64,000 nucleotides of DNA from Mobula hypostoma (taxonomy: Eukaryota): contig NC_086123.1 in NCBI RefSeq assembly GCF_963921235.1, forward strand, positions 4,650,001-4,714,000, read 5' to 3'. Numbering within the stretch: the first letter of the stretch is position 1; the number at the start of each line of letters is the position of its first letter. A program made the translations under genes and the position numbers. This document shows, piece after piece, positions 21,470 to 35,054 of the stretch. A model generated the notes under the pieces. The model did no database searches, had not been told where the DNA came from, and saw only the letters and a program-made list of their open reading frames with translations.

Positions 21470-23570
21470 TCCCTATAACGAGACCATCTAATGCCAGAAA
21501 GCAAAGGTTTTTGCAATCCACCTTATCTATGCTCTCATAAGTTTGTATTTTTTCTGTCCTGTTCACCCTTGGTTTCTTCTGCTGAAGGAAATAAAGCCAA
21601 TCTATCCAGTCTCCTTGTAACAACTGATAAATCTTTACTCTCTCCAGTGCAATTACATCCTTTGTAGTGACCAGCACTGTACACAGTACTATGTCTAGCT
21701 CCAGCTGTGGCCGAACCAAAGTTTAAAAAAAAAAAGTCGTACCATGATCAGGTGGAGACCAAGATCTCACCTCTCTATACTCAATGCCCCAGCTAATGAA
21801 AGTGAGTACCCACGTGCTGCCTTTATCACCCTATCTACCAGGGCGGATATGTACAGTGTTATTTGCACTTGTACACCAAGGTCCCCAGTGCTTCTTGGGG
21901 TTCTAAAATTCATGCCATATGCAAAAACCTTATTAGAGCTCCCTTCCCCAAATAAAAAGCATCAGCTCACACTTATTAGAATTAAATTCCGTTTGCTGTT
22001 GTCCCTCCCAATTTACAAACGTTTGTATTAATATCATTTCATAACCTCATACTCCCCTCTTCATGACGCAGAACATGATATTTCCTATATTCACATCCAA
22101 GTTATCAAACAGCAAGGATCCCGTGGTACATTGCTGGTCACAGGCTTACAATCACCTATCATCTCCCTCTGCCATCTACTAACAAGCCAATTTTGAACCC
22201 AGTTAGCCATTTTGCCTTGGCTCTAATGGATATGAATTAGCCTTCCACATGCAACCTTGTCAACAACCTCAATAAAGTCCCTGTAGAACTACCACACTGC
22301 TGTCTCCATTTTATTTAGGTATCTCTTTCAATAATTTAAAAAAAACACTAAATGAAATTACTGGCACAAGATATCTTAACAAATCCATGCTGATCAATCC
22401 TAGTTTTTCCAGGTGTAGCGCTTTTTTTTTTCTTTTGCTCCCTAGAATCTCTTAATTCTTTTTCCCAGTAATTTCCCTACCACTAACATTAGACTAAATG
22501 GCCTGTCGTTGCTTGGCTTATTCCAGATGCACTTCTGGGAACAAAAGTACACATTCGCTATCATTTGGCCTTTCAGCTGCTGGCCAGCAAAATACTTTTA
22601 TTTTATGGCTTTATAAGATGTATCTCAAGCAGCTATGGAAAGCAAGGAAGGGGAGTGTCGGGCTGGGCTACATCTCACAAGGCCTTGGGGATTTGTACAA
22701 TATTTTTGCCCAATAAGACATCTACTACGTCCTCTTCTCCAAATTTACTTGGATTTTCAGAAGGCCATTGACAAGGTGCCACACATGAAGCTGCTTAACA
22801 AGAGCCAGTGGTATTAACAAAAGATACTAGTATGGACAGAAGATTGGCTGACTGGTAAAAGGCAAAGTGTGGGAATAAAGGGGGCCTTTTCTGGTTGGAT
22901 GTTGGTGACTAGTGGTGTTCTTTTTATGTTGTATGTCAGTGATTTAGATGATGGAATTGATGGCTGTGTAGCCAAGTTTTTTAGATGATACGAACGTAGG
23001 TGGAGGAAGCAGGGAGTCTGCAGAAGGATTTGGACGGATTAGGAGAACGGGCAAAGAAGTGGCAGATGGAATACAGCGAGGGAAGTGTATTATTGTGCAC
23101 TTTGGTAGAAGGAGTAAAGCCATAGACTATTTTCTAAATGGAGAAAATTCAGAAATCAGCAGTGCAAAGGGACTTGGGAGTCCACGTGTAGGATTCCCTA
23201 AAGGTTAACTTGCAGGTTGAGTTGGGAATAGAATATAAAAGCAAGGATTTAATACTGAGACTTTGTTAGGCATTGGGCAGAGTGCACTTCAAGTATTGTG
23301 AGCAGATTTGGCCTCCTTATCTAAGAAGGAATACTCCAGAATTGTTGAGGATCCAGAGGAGGTTTACAAGAATGATCCCGGGAATGAAGTGTTTAACATA
23401 CGAGGTGTATTTGATGGTTTTGGGCCTGTACCCGCTGGAATTCAGAAGAATGAAGGGTAATCTCATTGAAATGCATCGAACATTGAAAGGCCTAGATAGG
23501 GTGGATGTGGAGGATGATTCCTATAGTGGATGAGGAAATGACCTCAGGATAGAAGGACGTCCCTTTAGGA
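21470..23570. mobile_element. CR1 LINE fragments (minus about 21470-22720, plus about 22735-23570)
   Basis: Minus MVRPQLE...KDVIALERV; plus YLDFQKAIDKVPH and YCEQIWPPYLRR...LEFRRMKGNLIE. Confidence 0.8.
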
Positions 23571-23871
23571 CTTTTAGTCCCTTCATGACTTTTGGGAGGG
23601 ATACAGGCTCTGGGAGGACTGAGTGGACCTGTTGCCATGCTTTTGGAGTATGGTTTAGTTGTATCTGTGTGCCTGTCCCTGGTGTGATAATGAAATAGTT
23701 TAGTATATATTCTGAGGTATTCAGTTGACTTTGTCTCAGTCTTTTAGGGATGAGGGAGGAGTTCCAGAGTTCCATTATTAATTACCTAGCTGAGTCCGGA
23801 GTACTTGATCAGTTTTGATCCTGTGCTCTGTAATGGTGTATTGGTTATTAATACAGACCTTTTACTTTCAG

Positions 23872-24056
23872 CGTATCTGTAGTCATGAAGTCCCCTCGTG
23901 CCCAATTTGTTTGTATCCGCCCTCTGCTGCAAAGATAACTCGCTGTGGACACATCTACTGTTGGGCATGCATTCTTCACTATCTGTCCTTGAGTGAGAAG
24001 ACCTGGGGCAAATGCCCTATCTGTTATGAAGCTGTCCATAAAAAGGATCTAAAGAG
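23872..24056 (+). CDS. RNF10: RNF10 exon 5 (C3HC4 RING domain)
   Basis: [61 protein letters not shown]. Confidence 0.99.
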
Positions 24057-24414
24057 GTGAGAGTTGGTTCTTTAATGATTATATATCTACTAGTAGAACA
24101 ACTACAGTACTACTTTAGGAAATGAATGAAGTCCTGTGCCACTGTTGTCAGTTGGTTACAATGATAAGAGAGAGACAGCAGGGATATGCATTTTACGTTT
24201 TGAATAATATTTAATGTTGAACTGGAATGTTTATAATCTCTTAGCTTCTTCGGCTATGGATACTGCTTTTTCCCCTTCCCCTTGCTGGAGGAAATGACAT
24301 GTTAAAATGCTATTTGGAAAAAATTTTAAGACCAGTTGTGAATATGCTTCATGGATATTGCATATATTAGAAAATTTTAGAAGTGCATGATACAGTTTTA
24401 AAAGGCTAATTGGA

Positions 24415-26403
24415 TCTGCTCCAATTTGCCTACCAGCATTACAGGTCCACAGCAGATGCCATCTCCATCGGCTCTTCACTCGACCCTGGGTAGTCTGGAC
24501 AGCAAAGATGCATACATCAGGATGCTTTTTATCAACTACAGCTCAGCATTCAGTACTATCACAGGCATCCCACCTCTCTCGGAAGTTCTTGGAGTCTCCC
24601 GCATATTGATGGAAGCTCCCTGACACCTGCAAATTATATACAATATCCCGGAAATTGATTTTTTTGAGAGCGAGAGCGAGAATCCTGATTGGTCTCTCTT
24701 TGTTCTCAGTCGACCTATCAGTTTTCTCTGTGGGCGGGCTTTACAGTCGACCTCTGTCTCTCCATCAGTTCAGTTTCGTGTCCTGCACCGCCATGGCAGA
24801 GTGTTTCAAAAAAATATATAAAACGTACTTCACCCCAGACTACACTAAAGTGTACCCCTGCCTGACAGGGGTCAAGAAATAATGACAGTGTTGCTCGCTG
24901 CACTGTTTGCAACAGTGACTTTTCTATTGCCCAGATGACTGTAAAAGACGATGTTGAGGTGAGTTTAACAGGTGTCATTCGTTCATTAGCATAGCTAACG
25001 TTATTTAAACTAGCTGGCTAGCTGCTAAGGAGCTACTCTATTAATGTCCTACGTGATGAGGCCAAACTCCCTGTAGTCTTGCTTAAAGTTGTAATAGAAT
25101 AAACATGATAATATGGTTACATATTTTAATGTCACATTTTCTGCATATACCCAACTTGGTTTACAGATTAGACGTAATCACTAAGCAAAGTATTACATAC
25201 ACCCTTGGAGGCCGAGCGGGGGGAGGGGTGGGGGGGGGTGGTGCTACCTCCCTGAAATGAGTTCTTGCAGGGCGGGATGTCTGCTATCATCCCCTCAAAA
25301 CTAATCAATAGCCTTCAAGAGCTTGGCTTCAATACCTCCTTGTGCAATTGAATTCTCAATTTCCTCACTTACAGACCCCAGTTAGTTCAGATTGGCAACA
25401 TCATCTCCTTCACAATCTCCTTCAGTGCAGGAGCACGACAAGGCTTTGTGCTTAGACCCCTGCTCTACTCGCGTTGCACGAATGATTGTGTGGCTAAGCA
25501 CAGCTCCAATGCCATATTTAAGTTTGCGGCCGACACCACTTGTAGGCTGAATCAAAGCTGGTGGTAAATCAGAGGGGGGCTTAGTGATACCACAACAACA
25601 CTCTCACTGGTATGTCAGCAAGACCAGGGAGCTGATTATTAACCCTGGCAGGAGGAAACCAGAGGTCCAAAAGCCAGTCCTCATCAGGGGATCAGAGGTG
25701 AAGAGGCTCAGCAACTCTAAACTCATCAGTGTTACTTGTCCTTGGCTCAGCATCTACGTGCAATTTTGAAGGAAACACAGCAGCACCTCTACTTAGACGT
25801 TTGCAGAGATTTGGCATGACATCTAAAACTTTGACAGACTGGTGTGGTGGAGAGTATATTGACTGACTGTATTACAGCCCGGTATGGAAACACCAATGCC
25901 CTTGAATAGAAAGTGCTTAATTTTTTTTTTAAAAAAGGGTATGGCCCAGTCCATCACCCGTAAAGATCTCCCCAACACTGAGCATATCTACACGGATCTG
26001 TGTCGCAGGAAAACACCATCCATCATTAGGGACCCCCTACCACCCAGATCATGCTGTCTTCTCACTATGGCCATCAGGAACCTCGGGACTTGCACAGAAT
26101 TTCAGGAACAGTCATTGCCCCTCGGCCATCAGGCTCTTGAGCCAAAGGGGGTAATTTCACCTGCCCCATGTCTGATCTGTGACCACAACCTATGGACTCA
26201 CTTTCAAGGCCTCTTAATCATGTGTTCCTGATAATTACTGTTTTGTTTTTTTGTGTTTTCAGTTTGTTGTCTTTTGCACTGTTGGGTGCAGTCATTCATG
26301 GCTATTGTGGTTATTGTATTTATTGGGTACGTCCGCAAGAAAATGAATCTCAGGGTTGTATATGGTGATGTATATGCTTTGATAATAAATTACTTTGAAC
26401 TTT
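24415..26403 (+). mobile_element. Rex1/Babar LINE 3' portion, interrupted by a hAT element
   Basis: LHSTLGSLDSKDAYIRMLFINYSSAFSTI|IPSKL; KFAADT; 3' tail aataaattactttgaacttt. Confidence 0.85.
24562..25283 (+). mobile_element. Non-autonomous hAT-like DNA element with apparent 6-bp TSD and a residual BED-finger-like exon
   Basis: TIRs CAGGCATCCCACC / GGCGGGATGTCTG; CTATCA on both flanks; internal YKTYFTPDYTKVYPCL..NDSVARCTVCNSDFSIA followed by a GTGAGT donor. Confidence 0.8.
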
Positions 26404-26717
26404 AATTGTATGCTTGGGATACAGAAGTCTAACATGCAGTATACTTTGGAAGAGAGACCCAGGTCATTGCTGAAGGTTACAATGTTTTAAGATGTCAAAG
26501 GGTTTACGGGAGAAAGTGGGCCGCCCTCAGTCCAATCTTGAGTTGAAGAGATTGCACTGAATCTCTGACTTCTGGTTTGACTTGTGTTGTAGTGAATAGT
26601 GCAATACTAAGCTGATGAAGCATTCCCCACTCACTCACCCTCTTTCTCCTTCTCCAAATGAGATGGAATGGACTGTAGGCTCTACTTAAGGTTAATGATG
26701 CAGCTTTGGAAAAAGTA

Positions 26718-27225
26718 CAGTAGCCACTTTATTAGGTACACCTGTGTGCCTACTCATTAACACACATCTCTCATCAGCCATCATGTGGTAGTAACTCAAT
26801 GCATAAAAGCATGCAGACATGGGCAAGAGGTTCAGTTGTTCAGCGCATTCATTTGTATAGACCAAACATCTGAATGGGTAAGTGACTTCATTGACTGTGG
26901 AATGATTGGTGCTAGACAGGGTGGTCTTGGGTATCTTAGAAATCTTGATCTCCTGGTATTTTCAAACACAACGGTCTCTAAAATTTACAGAGAATGGTTC
27001 AAAAAAACAAAGCATCCAGTGTGTGGCAGTTCTGTGGGTGAAAACATTAATAAGTGAGGGCAGAGGGGTATGGCCAGGAAGGTGACAGTAATTCAACTGA
27101 CAAAGCTTAGCAACAGGTGGTGTGCAGAAGAGCAGTTCTGAATGCACACATTGAACCTCAAAATGGATGGGCTACAGGAACAAATGACCACACCAGGTAC
27201 AGACCACACAAGTGGCCACTGAGTG
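26718..27225 (+). mobile_element. Tc1-derived non-autonomous element
   Basis: CAGTAGCCACTTTATTAGGTACACC ... AAGTGGCCACTGAGTG|TA; internal GMIGARQGG..FSNTTVSKIYREW (Tc1 HTH remnant). Confidence 0.8.
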
Positions 27226-28433
27226 TACATTTGTGTAAGCTTTCATGTATGTAACTCTTAAGTTGACTTTTTTTAATAAGATTTTTGTTACTATTCCTCC
27301 TAAAGCCTAGGAAGATGTGGTCAAATCACAGCTGCTGAGAAATATGACACTTGATACAAAGCAGCCAGAATTGAGAAGAAATTATTCACTTGTTATATCT
27401 GATCTTAAAGCTGCTGATGTGTGCACAGCTATAAAAATACTGTTTAAATACTGGGGCATTGAAACTCTCCAATCTCTGAACTTTGGATTTTTTTTTCTGT
27501 CTGTAGCAAAGGACCATATTTTCAGGTAGTATTGTTTAAATGGAGATGAAGTTTAATTGGAATAGTAATTTTGAAGGTATTCCTATGCAACAGCATTCTG
27601 TGTCAAGAAAAAAAAAGCATAGGTTTGATATGAACTCTACTAGATTAATAGTGACTGTCATTTAAAGAGTTCATTTAAATCTTGCTGTTGTTTGGTCAGG
27701 TTCTGTAGGAGAACTCTATTGGCTTGACACAGTCTAATAGCCATTAAAATTGCAAGAGACTGGGACGTAGAAATTTAGTGTGTACTTCAGTGAGGGAACA
27801 CTGATTACATTTGAAGTGTATTTATCCTGGGTTTTTTGGCAGCCTTCAGTTTTTTTAATAATAACAATTTGTAACACAATTTTAGCATGTGTTAGAACAA
27901 GTAACTGCCTTTAGCATTTCTCTGCCTTGTTCTGCAGGATAGGAATTCTCTTTAACCTCTGATATTTTAGTTCACAGATCAGTCATTAGAGTAACGTACA
28001 CACTGCTGGAGAAATTCAGCAGATCAGGCAGCATCAGTGGAAAGGAATAAACAGTTCATGTTTCAGGTCGAGACTTTCGTCAGGACTCTATGGTAATCCC
28101 AAATCAGATGACAAGTCACCAGCTGATTTGGGTAGCCTGATTTCAGTTAGTGCTGTTTATAATCATTCATCAGTGTTTGGTATTGCTATGGCACGTGAAA
28201 GAATGGTATGTGCCTTCTTTTCTATTCCTTTACACCCACAGAGCTGAAATTGGTATGTTCATTGAGTGGCTGTACTCCTCTTGTGCCACCTTTTCTCATT
28301 TTATTTCTGATCTAGCTCTGTTTGCTGGTGTAACAGGGGTAAAGGTGTAAAGATTTAATTATTTTGGACAGTGTATTATGCATTGTAACCCTTAGTGATT
28401 CATATCGAGTTAATGTGTGTTGCTTTGTTTCAG

Positions 28434-28567
28434 TGTGATTGCCATGGAGACTCACCAGTATAATGTGGATGATATGATAACCATGCAGTTGATGCGCAGG
28501 GAGAAAGGCACTCTGATGGCTTTACCCAAATCTCTGTGGATGAAACCCGAATCATTTCATTTGGGAG
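28434..28567 (+). CDS. RNF10: RNF10 exon 6
   Basis: (S)[44 protein letters not shown]. Confidence 0.96.
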
Positions 28568-29269
28568 GTTAGTGGAAACATTATTATTTCAGGTCCATGC
28601 TGGAAATGTAGGGCAAAATGCATTTAAAATTCTGGCTGGTTGAAGAAGTATCGTAGGGTTCAGGTTCAGCTGTCCCAAACTAGTATTGATCTAGAACTGC
28701 AGAAACTAAATTATCAAAGCATTAGCTGACAGTAATTATATTTGCATCAAAGTGCTCTAATTGTTGCATAAAGATTAGATAAAATGGGTAGAATTAAATG
28801 TGAACACATTATTTGAAAGTTATTTGTCTGTAAAAATAATTCGAAATCTCTTAAAAGAATAATTTAGGCTTCATATTAGATATAGTATCTGGAACTCAGT
28901 CAATTGTATGCTGTTGGCCAAATATTGATGGCCAATTTGGGGAATCTGTATTTGAAAACACAATATTTGAATTCTATTTCAAAGTACTTTATAAGGCCTT
29001 TTTCTATAAGAGGAAATTCTTAAATTGCATGTAGACAGGTTTGTTTGGGGACAGATGTATTTCACTAATATATATCTACAGGTTTAAATTTGCAGATGAC
29101 CTATAGTGGAATTAAATTTATCTACATTTTTTGCTGATAATTAGAAACCAGAAGGGGACTGGGACTGCTTGCTCCATTTCTAGTGTCATGTGATATTACT
29201 GTACGAGGTAGCTTGGTATTTTTGCATTGCCATTTGCTCTACTGATAAAGTAGTACAGTTTTCATTGAA

Positions 29270-29730
29270 AAATTGCAGAACAGGTTTAACATGATGTTGC
29301 TAGGGTTAGGGGGCCTGAATTACAGGGAGAAATTGGCCATACTAGATTTTTACTGCTTGCATCAAGATAATGAAGGACAAACTTGTGGACATGTTTAAAA
29401 TTCTGAGAGAAATAGATAAGATGGATGGTAACGGTCTTTTCCCAGGGTAAGGGAGGCAAAACTACAGGGCATAGGTTTAATGTGAGAGGGGAAACATTCA
29501 AAAGGAACTTGAGGGGCAACTTTTTTTTTACACCGAGTGCAGTGAGGATATGAAGTGAGCTGCCAGAATTATTTGAGGCAGGTACAATAGTATCGTTTTT
29601 TTGGATAGAGACGTGGAGGAGTAGGGCTTCATAAGGATATGGGCTGAACACAGGAAATTGGAGCCTGCTGGGTGGACAGTGGTCAACATGGACTCACGGG
29701 ACTGCAGGGCCTACATCCATGCTGTATGAC
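29270..29730 (+). mobile_element. CR1 3' fragment
   Basis: KTTGHRFNVRGETFKRNLRGNFF; CR1-like tail. Confidence 0.75.
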
Positions 29731-30230
29731 AATATGGATCTAATTGCCACCAAAATGCAATGGGACTATTTTGCTCCAGTAAATCTTGCTAAATACTTGG
29801 CAATTTTGCCCAGTTTCTGTATGATTCGCATTCTTGTGTGACTAGAATGAATAGATTGAAATAAAATGCTACTTCACCACTGTGACCCTTACTGATGAAC
29901 TGCTATCAGTAAGTAGGCTGCTGACCTGGAATTGGATTGGCTCCCTGGTCTCCCCATGCCACTACTTGTGATTAAGGCTGAAATACTAAAGGATGTTGAT
30001 GAATTGCTACCTACTCAATAATGTGATATGTAAAAATCCCGTTCATAGTTCCTAAAGATTTTCAAATTAAGTAAGCTCTCATCATAAGATGAATAAAATT
30101 AATTCATTCTTTATCAACCCATAGTAGTTCATTGAACTTCGAACTTTTTTTGCAGTAATTCGATTGATTTTTATTCTCAACTGAATCTGCTTTTTTATGT
30201 ATTCTTCCTTCCCTGTAAACACTGTAGTAG

Positions 30231-30391
30231 ATGACGAACACGGCCAGTACTCAAAACTCCTTCTAGCAACAAAGCAGCAAGTTATGCAGCATGTGATAGA
30301 AAAAGAGAGAGCAGCTTTACTGAGACAGTATGAAGAGGAGAAAAGTACACCCGAATCTTGCTTCATTGAACTGGCGTTGCAAGAATTAAAG
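30231..30391 (+). CDS. RNF10: RNF10 exon 7 (alternative NAGNAG start at 30228)
   Basis: DDEHGQYSKLLLATKQQVMQHVIEKERAALLRQYEEEKSTPESCFIELALQELK. Confidence 0.95.
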
Positions 30392-30739
30392 GTGCCAAAA
30401 CTACTTTCTGCAAGTTGTACTGCTGTGTGTGCGTGGAGTAATTTGTATTTCTAATATATATGGCAATTATCCCAAGAGATTAGAACAAGTTGATACTGAG
30501 TCTCAAGATAATTAACTCTCTCTTTATTGGCCCGTTTATATATCGGAGAGCTTTGCTTAAGATTGAGTTCTGTCAAGCATTTTAGAAGACAGATGTACAG
30601 AGATCTTTGGGTAAAGAGCTTCAGAACTTGGAGCCTTGGTGGCTGAAAGTGTACTTGATGTGCTGGTTGGCCGCTTCTTATTTGGAATTGGGAGGTGTTG
30701 ACAGTGAAAAGGGCTGTCGTAGGTTATAAGAGGTTCAAT

Positions 30740-31520
30740 TGGGAAGTGGGCTGAGTAGTGTCAAATGGATTTCGGTACATGTCAGTTGATACATTTTGGA
30801 AAGTCAAAACAGGGTAGGGCTTGTACTGTGAATGGTAGGACATTAGGGAGTGTAATGGAACAGAGAACAAATGCATAGTTCATAGAAGGTGTCATCAGAG
30901 ATAGGATGGTGAGAAAGAGGTTAGGCATGTTGGCCTTCATCTGTCAGGGCACTAGGTATAGGAGTTGAGAAGTTACATTGCAGTTGTATAAGTCAAGGCT
31001 GCACTTGAGTACTGTATATGGTTTTGGTCACTCTATTCCTTCTAAGGAAAGATGTGTTTCAACTGGAGAAAACAAGACTTACAAGGATGTTACCAGGACC
31101 AGAGGGCTGGCTTTATAGGGAAAGGTTGGCCAATTTTTTTGTTACTTGCAATGTAGGCAAGTGAAAAGCGACCTTGTAGAAATATTTAAAATAATGAGAG
31201 GTACTGGAACTGTCTTCTCCCCAGGGTAGTGGAGTCCACAACTGGGGGACATAGATTTGGGGTGCAAGGTGCAAGATGTGAAGGGACCTGAGGGCATTTG
31301 TCCCCAGTGTGGTGAGTACATGGAGCAAATTGTCAGAAGAAGTAGCTGAGGCGGGTACAGTCATTTCCTTTAAGAAGCACTTGGATAGGTACCTGGAGAG
31401 GTGGGCTTAGAGGGATATTTGCAGAACCCAGGAAATTGGGGCTAGTTGGGTGGACACCGTGGTCAGCATGGACCTGCTGGGCCAGAGGTCCTGTATCATG
31501 CTGTATTGTTCTGAATATGA
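30740..31520 (+). mobile_element. CR1 3' fragment
   Basis: LQLYKSRLHLSTV-like region and a CR1 3' UTR similar to 29270-29730. Confidence 0.75.
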
Positions 31521-32039
31521 CTAAAACAAGAAGAATATAGCTATCTCAAGGGATTATGTGGCTTGACTAGATTTGAGACCAAGGACATAAACATAGACAG
31601 CAGTGCTTTCAACGATTCAAAATTTAGGAGGTAGAATGAAGATGGTTGATTGTAAGTATGGAATGTGGGTGGATGTGGACAGTTTAATGAAGTTGTGGGC
31701 TTGGTAGTCTGAATTGTGCTGGAGTTCCAAGTCTGATTCATTGTTGGCATCTAAAGGGGTGGAATGGTAATAAGGGAAAGGTTGATCAAGGATGCTCAGG
31801 AAAATGGCTCTGGCTTTCTGAATGTTTAGGTGCATCAAATATCTGATTAATGTGATCAATTTGGAAGAGGTGGAACAAAAGACCTGATAACGGTAGAACA
31901 GCATGGCATCAACACACAGGTGAAGGTGAGCGTATATTTTGCTGGAGGTGATTTTTTTAGGTGAAAGCTGAGCAAAGCCCAAGGTGGATTTTTGGGTTGT
32001 GGGGAGTAGTTGGTGTACTTGTGGTCACTTATGGTAAGC

Positions 32040-32345
32040 AGTCAGGTTTATTATCACTGTTGTGAAATTTGTTGTTTTGCGGCAGCAGTACAATGCAAGA
32101 CATAAAAATCATTGCAAGTTACAAAGGAAGATGGTGAGTAAGTGTTCAGAAGTGGGAGGCAGAGGGGAAGTTGTTCCTCACATTGTGTAGGTCTTCAGGC
32201 TCCTGTACCACTTCTCCGATGGTGTAAGGAGAAGTGTGGGCGTGGCCTAGATGGTGAGAGCCCTTAATGATAGATGCTGCCTTTTTGAGGTACAGCTTTT
32301 TGAAGATGTCCCGAATAGCGGGAAGACTTGTGTCCACGATGGAGA
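32040..32345 (-). mobile_element. Rex1/Babar 3' fragment
   Basis: Minus-strand SLPAIRDIFKKLYLKKAASIIKGSHHLGH. Confidence 0.75.
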
Positions 32346-33760
32346 ACTTGCTGAGAAGTGGGTTGAGCAGCCACTAATTATTTCTTCAATTACTGGATAG
32401 ATAAGAGAGGAACCTGCTAGCTGCTGTTCCTTGCAGCTGTGTGACCGGAGAGTGGCTTCAGAGGAGGAGGAGGATATGGGCAGCAGAGAGAGAGAATGTT
32501 TGATATCACATAGGATGCCTTTCGTGATTCTAAGGGAGGGGTTTAGGGTGATGAAAGCATTATTAAGCAGGCTGCTTTCACCTACGTGGTCCTGGAGTTT
32601 TTGTGGTGGATTCTATCTATCCAGGTGTACTTTATGCTCTAACTTTCTGGTGAACAGGCTCTGAAGTAATTAGTGCGTTGCAGAGGAATGACAGTGATCG
32701 TACTGGAAGAGGACAAAAAGCCACATTAACAACGTCAGCTCATCTGGGCTAACTGGCAAGTTAGATGGTCAGTAGTTTGCTGGGAATTGGCCGTGAATGG
32801 AATATAGAAAATGTTGCAAGTTAGGGGAATAGGCATGTGGGAGTGGGGGATGAAGGGAGGAGATGAGAAATTTGATTATGTTAATTAAGAAAATGTTAGA
32901 TAGTGGTTGAGACAAATGATCAGATGTCTCGGTGACAAAAGTTTGTAATGGAGATGGCAAGGTCATGTACAGCCAAGTCAAAGAAGTAGTTATAAATACA
33001 GATTGCAAAGTGAAGTGAGGTGTCAGACAGACAGCAGGGAAGAACTATGTAGTGTAATCATGATGATTCCAGAATTTGCCTGCATTGGGACTTAGAAAGG
33101 AAGAGTAAGTGAGAACTTTCACCCATGAGAGAGAAGTGGGACTGAAGCAGGAAAAACAAACTAAATGTCTAAGAAGATTAAGAGTTCTTATGGGTAGGAA
33201 TATTGCTGGTGATCAAGGTAGGAGAAGTTGTGAATGATGTATTGCAGGTGTAAAGTTTGCTATGCTAAATCAAAACCAGTAGGTAATTGTTTCCAAAAAA
33301 TCAAATGCATTGGTTATGCTTTTTTATGTCCTCATTTTTCTTTTTATAAAATTGTTGCACTAGTTTACCATTAATTATAACACAAATGCATTGAGCACTT
33401 GGAAAGATCGTATATCATTTTTAACAGTATTGCTGTTTGAGTAGGTGGAGAGGAATCAATGCAGTATGGTATAGGTAATGGTGGCAGGTTCTTGAGTCTG
33501 CTGTAGCTTTATCTCTTGCCTATATGAAAACTGGTCAGTAAGGAATATGAGCCAGAAATTGCAATGCTATTCTGGAAAAAGTACTGTTATTGTCACCAGT
33601 TTTTCACCTAGCTTCTACAGCAACATAGCAGGAACTTTGTTAAATGCAGTATTTGATAAAATATTAATTCTACTATCAAGACTAAAAGTGCAATATTGTA
33701 GCCTAAATCTCAGAATAGCAGTTTAGTAGTCTTTTCAATGAAGCTTTTTTAAAATTGCAG

Positions 33761-33895
33761 AATCGTGAGCAGGAGTTGCTGGGACCTCCAGAGAAGGAAG
33801 TTCTTGACACAATGTTCAAACTTGAGGAATTGAGCATTGATTCAGCTGCTGTTGTAGAAAACGAGGGTGAAACGTCCATAGGTGACAAGAACCAA
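33761..33895 (+). CDS. RNF10: RNF10 exon 8
   Basis: NREQELLGPPEKEVLDTMFKLEELSID...KNQ; phase 0/0, ttgcag acceptor, GTTAGT donor. Confidence 0.88.
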
Positions 33896-34695
33896 GTTAG
33901 TACCAGTGTTACAGACTAATTTTAATTTTTGCATCATCTTTTAACCCATTAATGCTGAAGTTTTTAAATGTGTATTTGCTGCTGTTAGTTAACTATTTAC
34001 ATAAATTGGGATGTTTCATCATATTGTACCCAAACTTGAGTCTTCTAGCATTCTATTCATCCCAAGAAAAAACTAATTGGAACACTGACGGATTTTTTTC
34101 TTGGAGTATTTCTTGCTTTCAGTAAAGATATTTTACACATAATAAATGAAGCAGTTAGGTTTTATTTAATCAAACATGTTATTTTGCTGAACGTTTTTGT
34201 GTAGGTTGGCAGGACTGTATTTCTGCATAAAACTATATTCTGCCATCAACAAGGATCTGCATTCACAGATTAGTACGTTGTCAGATGATTAGACTTCCAA
34301 GTCCTTGTGCATTGGTATGTAATTGTAGCTGAGAGTGCTAATTCTGTATAATTTTGATTAATTGTACTAGTCTTTCTGAACTCACTAAGCCAGTGCATTA
34401 TCCCTTGAATTCTCCTCTCAACCCTGAAAACATATTTCCATTGCTACATTTATTTTTGTTTTCTACAGCATGTTGGTGAAATTGGAACAGGCACCCATGT
34501 CAGCAATGTTGCTAACCAGTTTGGGTATCAAATGATAAACATACTAAATCATCCAAGTGATATATGATGGTCAATATAATGGGCATAACAAAATAAAATT
34601 TCAATGTTTTTAATTAATTTTTAAAATGATACTGAAGCTACAGAGGGAAGCTGTTTTAAGTTCTAATCTGACCTGGTCTGAATGTTTTCTGATAG

Positions 34696-34930
34696 CATGT
34701 ATTGGCCTATGCATCTGCATTTGATGAAATTATTGAAGAACCACAAGAAGAGGCCCCTGCTACATGCTGTGCTACCTTGAATGAGTTGGTCACTCTTCCG
34801 GAAGCAGTCAATGATTGTGAAATGGAAGAAGGAGCTTGTGGTGAGACTGAATGTGGACAGGCAGAACTAGAACTTTCAGCTGATGATGTTAGAGGTTCTT
34901 CTGCAAACTACTACTATTATTTCTACCAGG
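34696..34930 (+). CDS. RNF10: RNF10 exon 9
   Basis: HVLAYASAFDE (acidic stretch)...SANYYYYFYQ; GTAAGC donor. Confidence 0.93.
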
Positions 34931-35054
34931 GTAAGCCTTTCACTTGATCATGGAGTTAGTATTTTTTTTGTCATTTAAGTAGTTAATTTTTATGAATAAA
35001 TAGTATTCATTTGGAATGTGCTGATCTCCTTGAATCATGTCACATGCTAGTGAG

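Noticed and set aside
28052-28088. Further hammerhead-like motifs (here and at about 3871-3907, 5085-5110, 12028-12062, 41523-41559 and 57665-57696)
   Set aside because: The core, cleavage triplet or stem I is mutated, so they are treated as dead repeat copies rather than ribozymes
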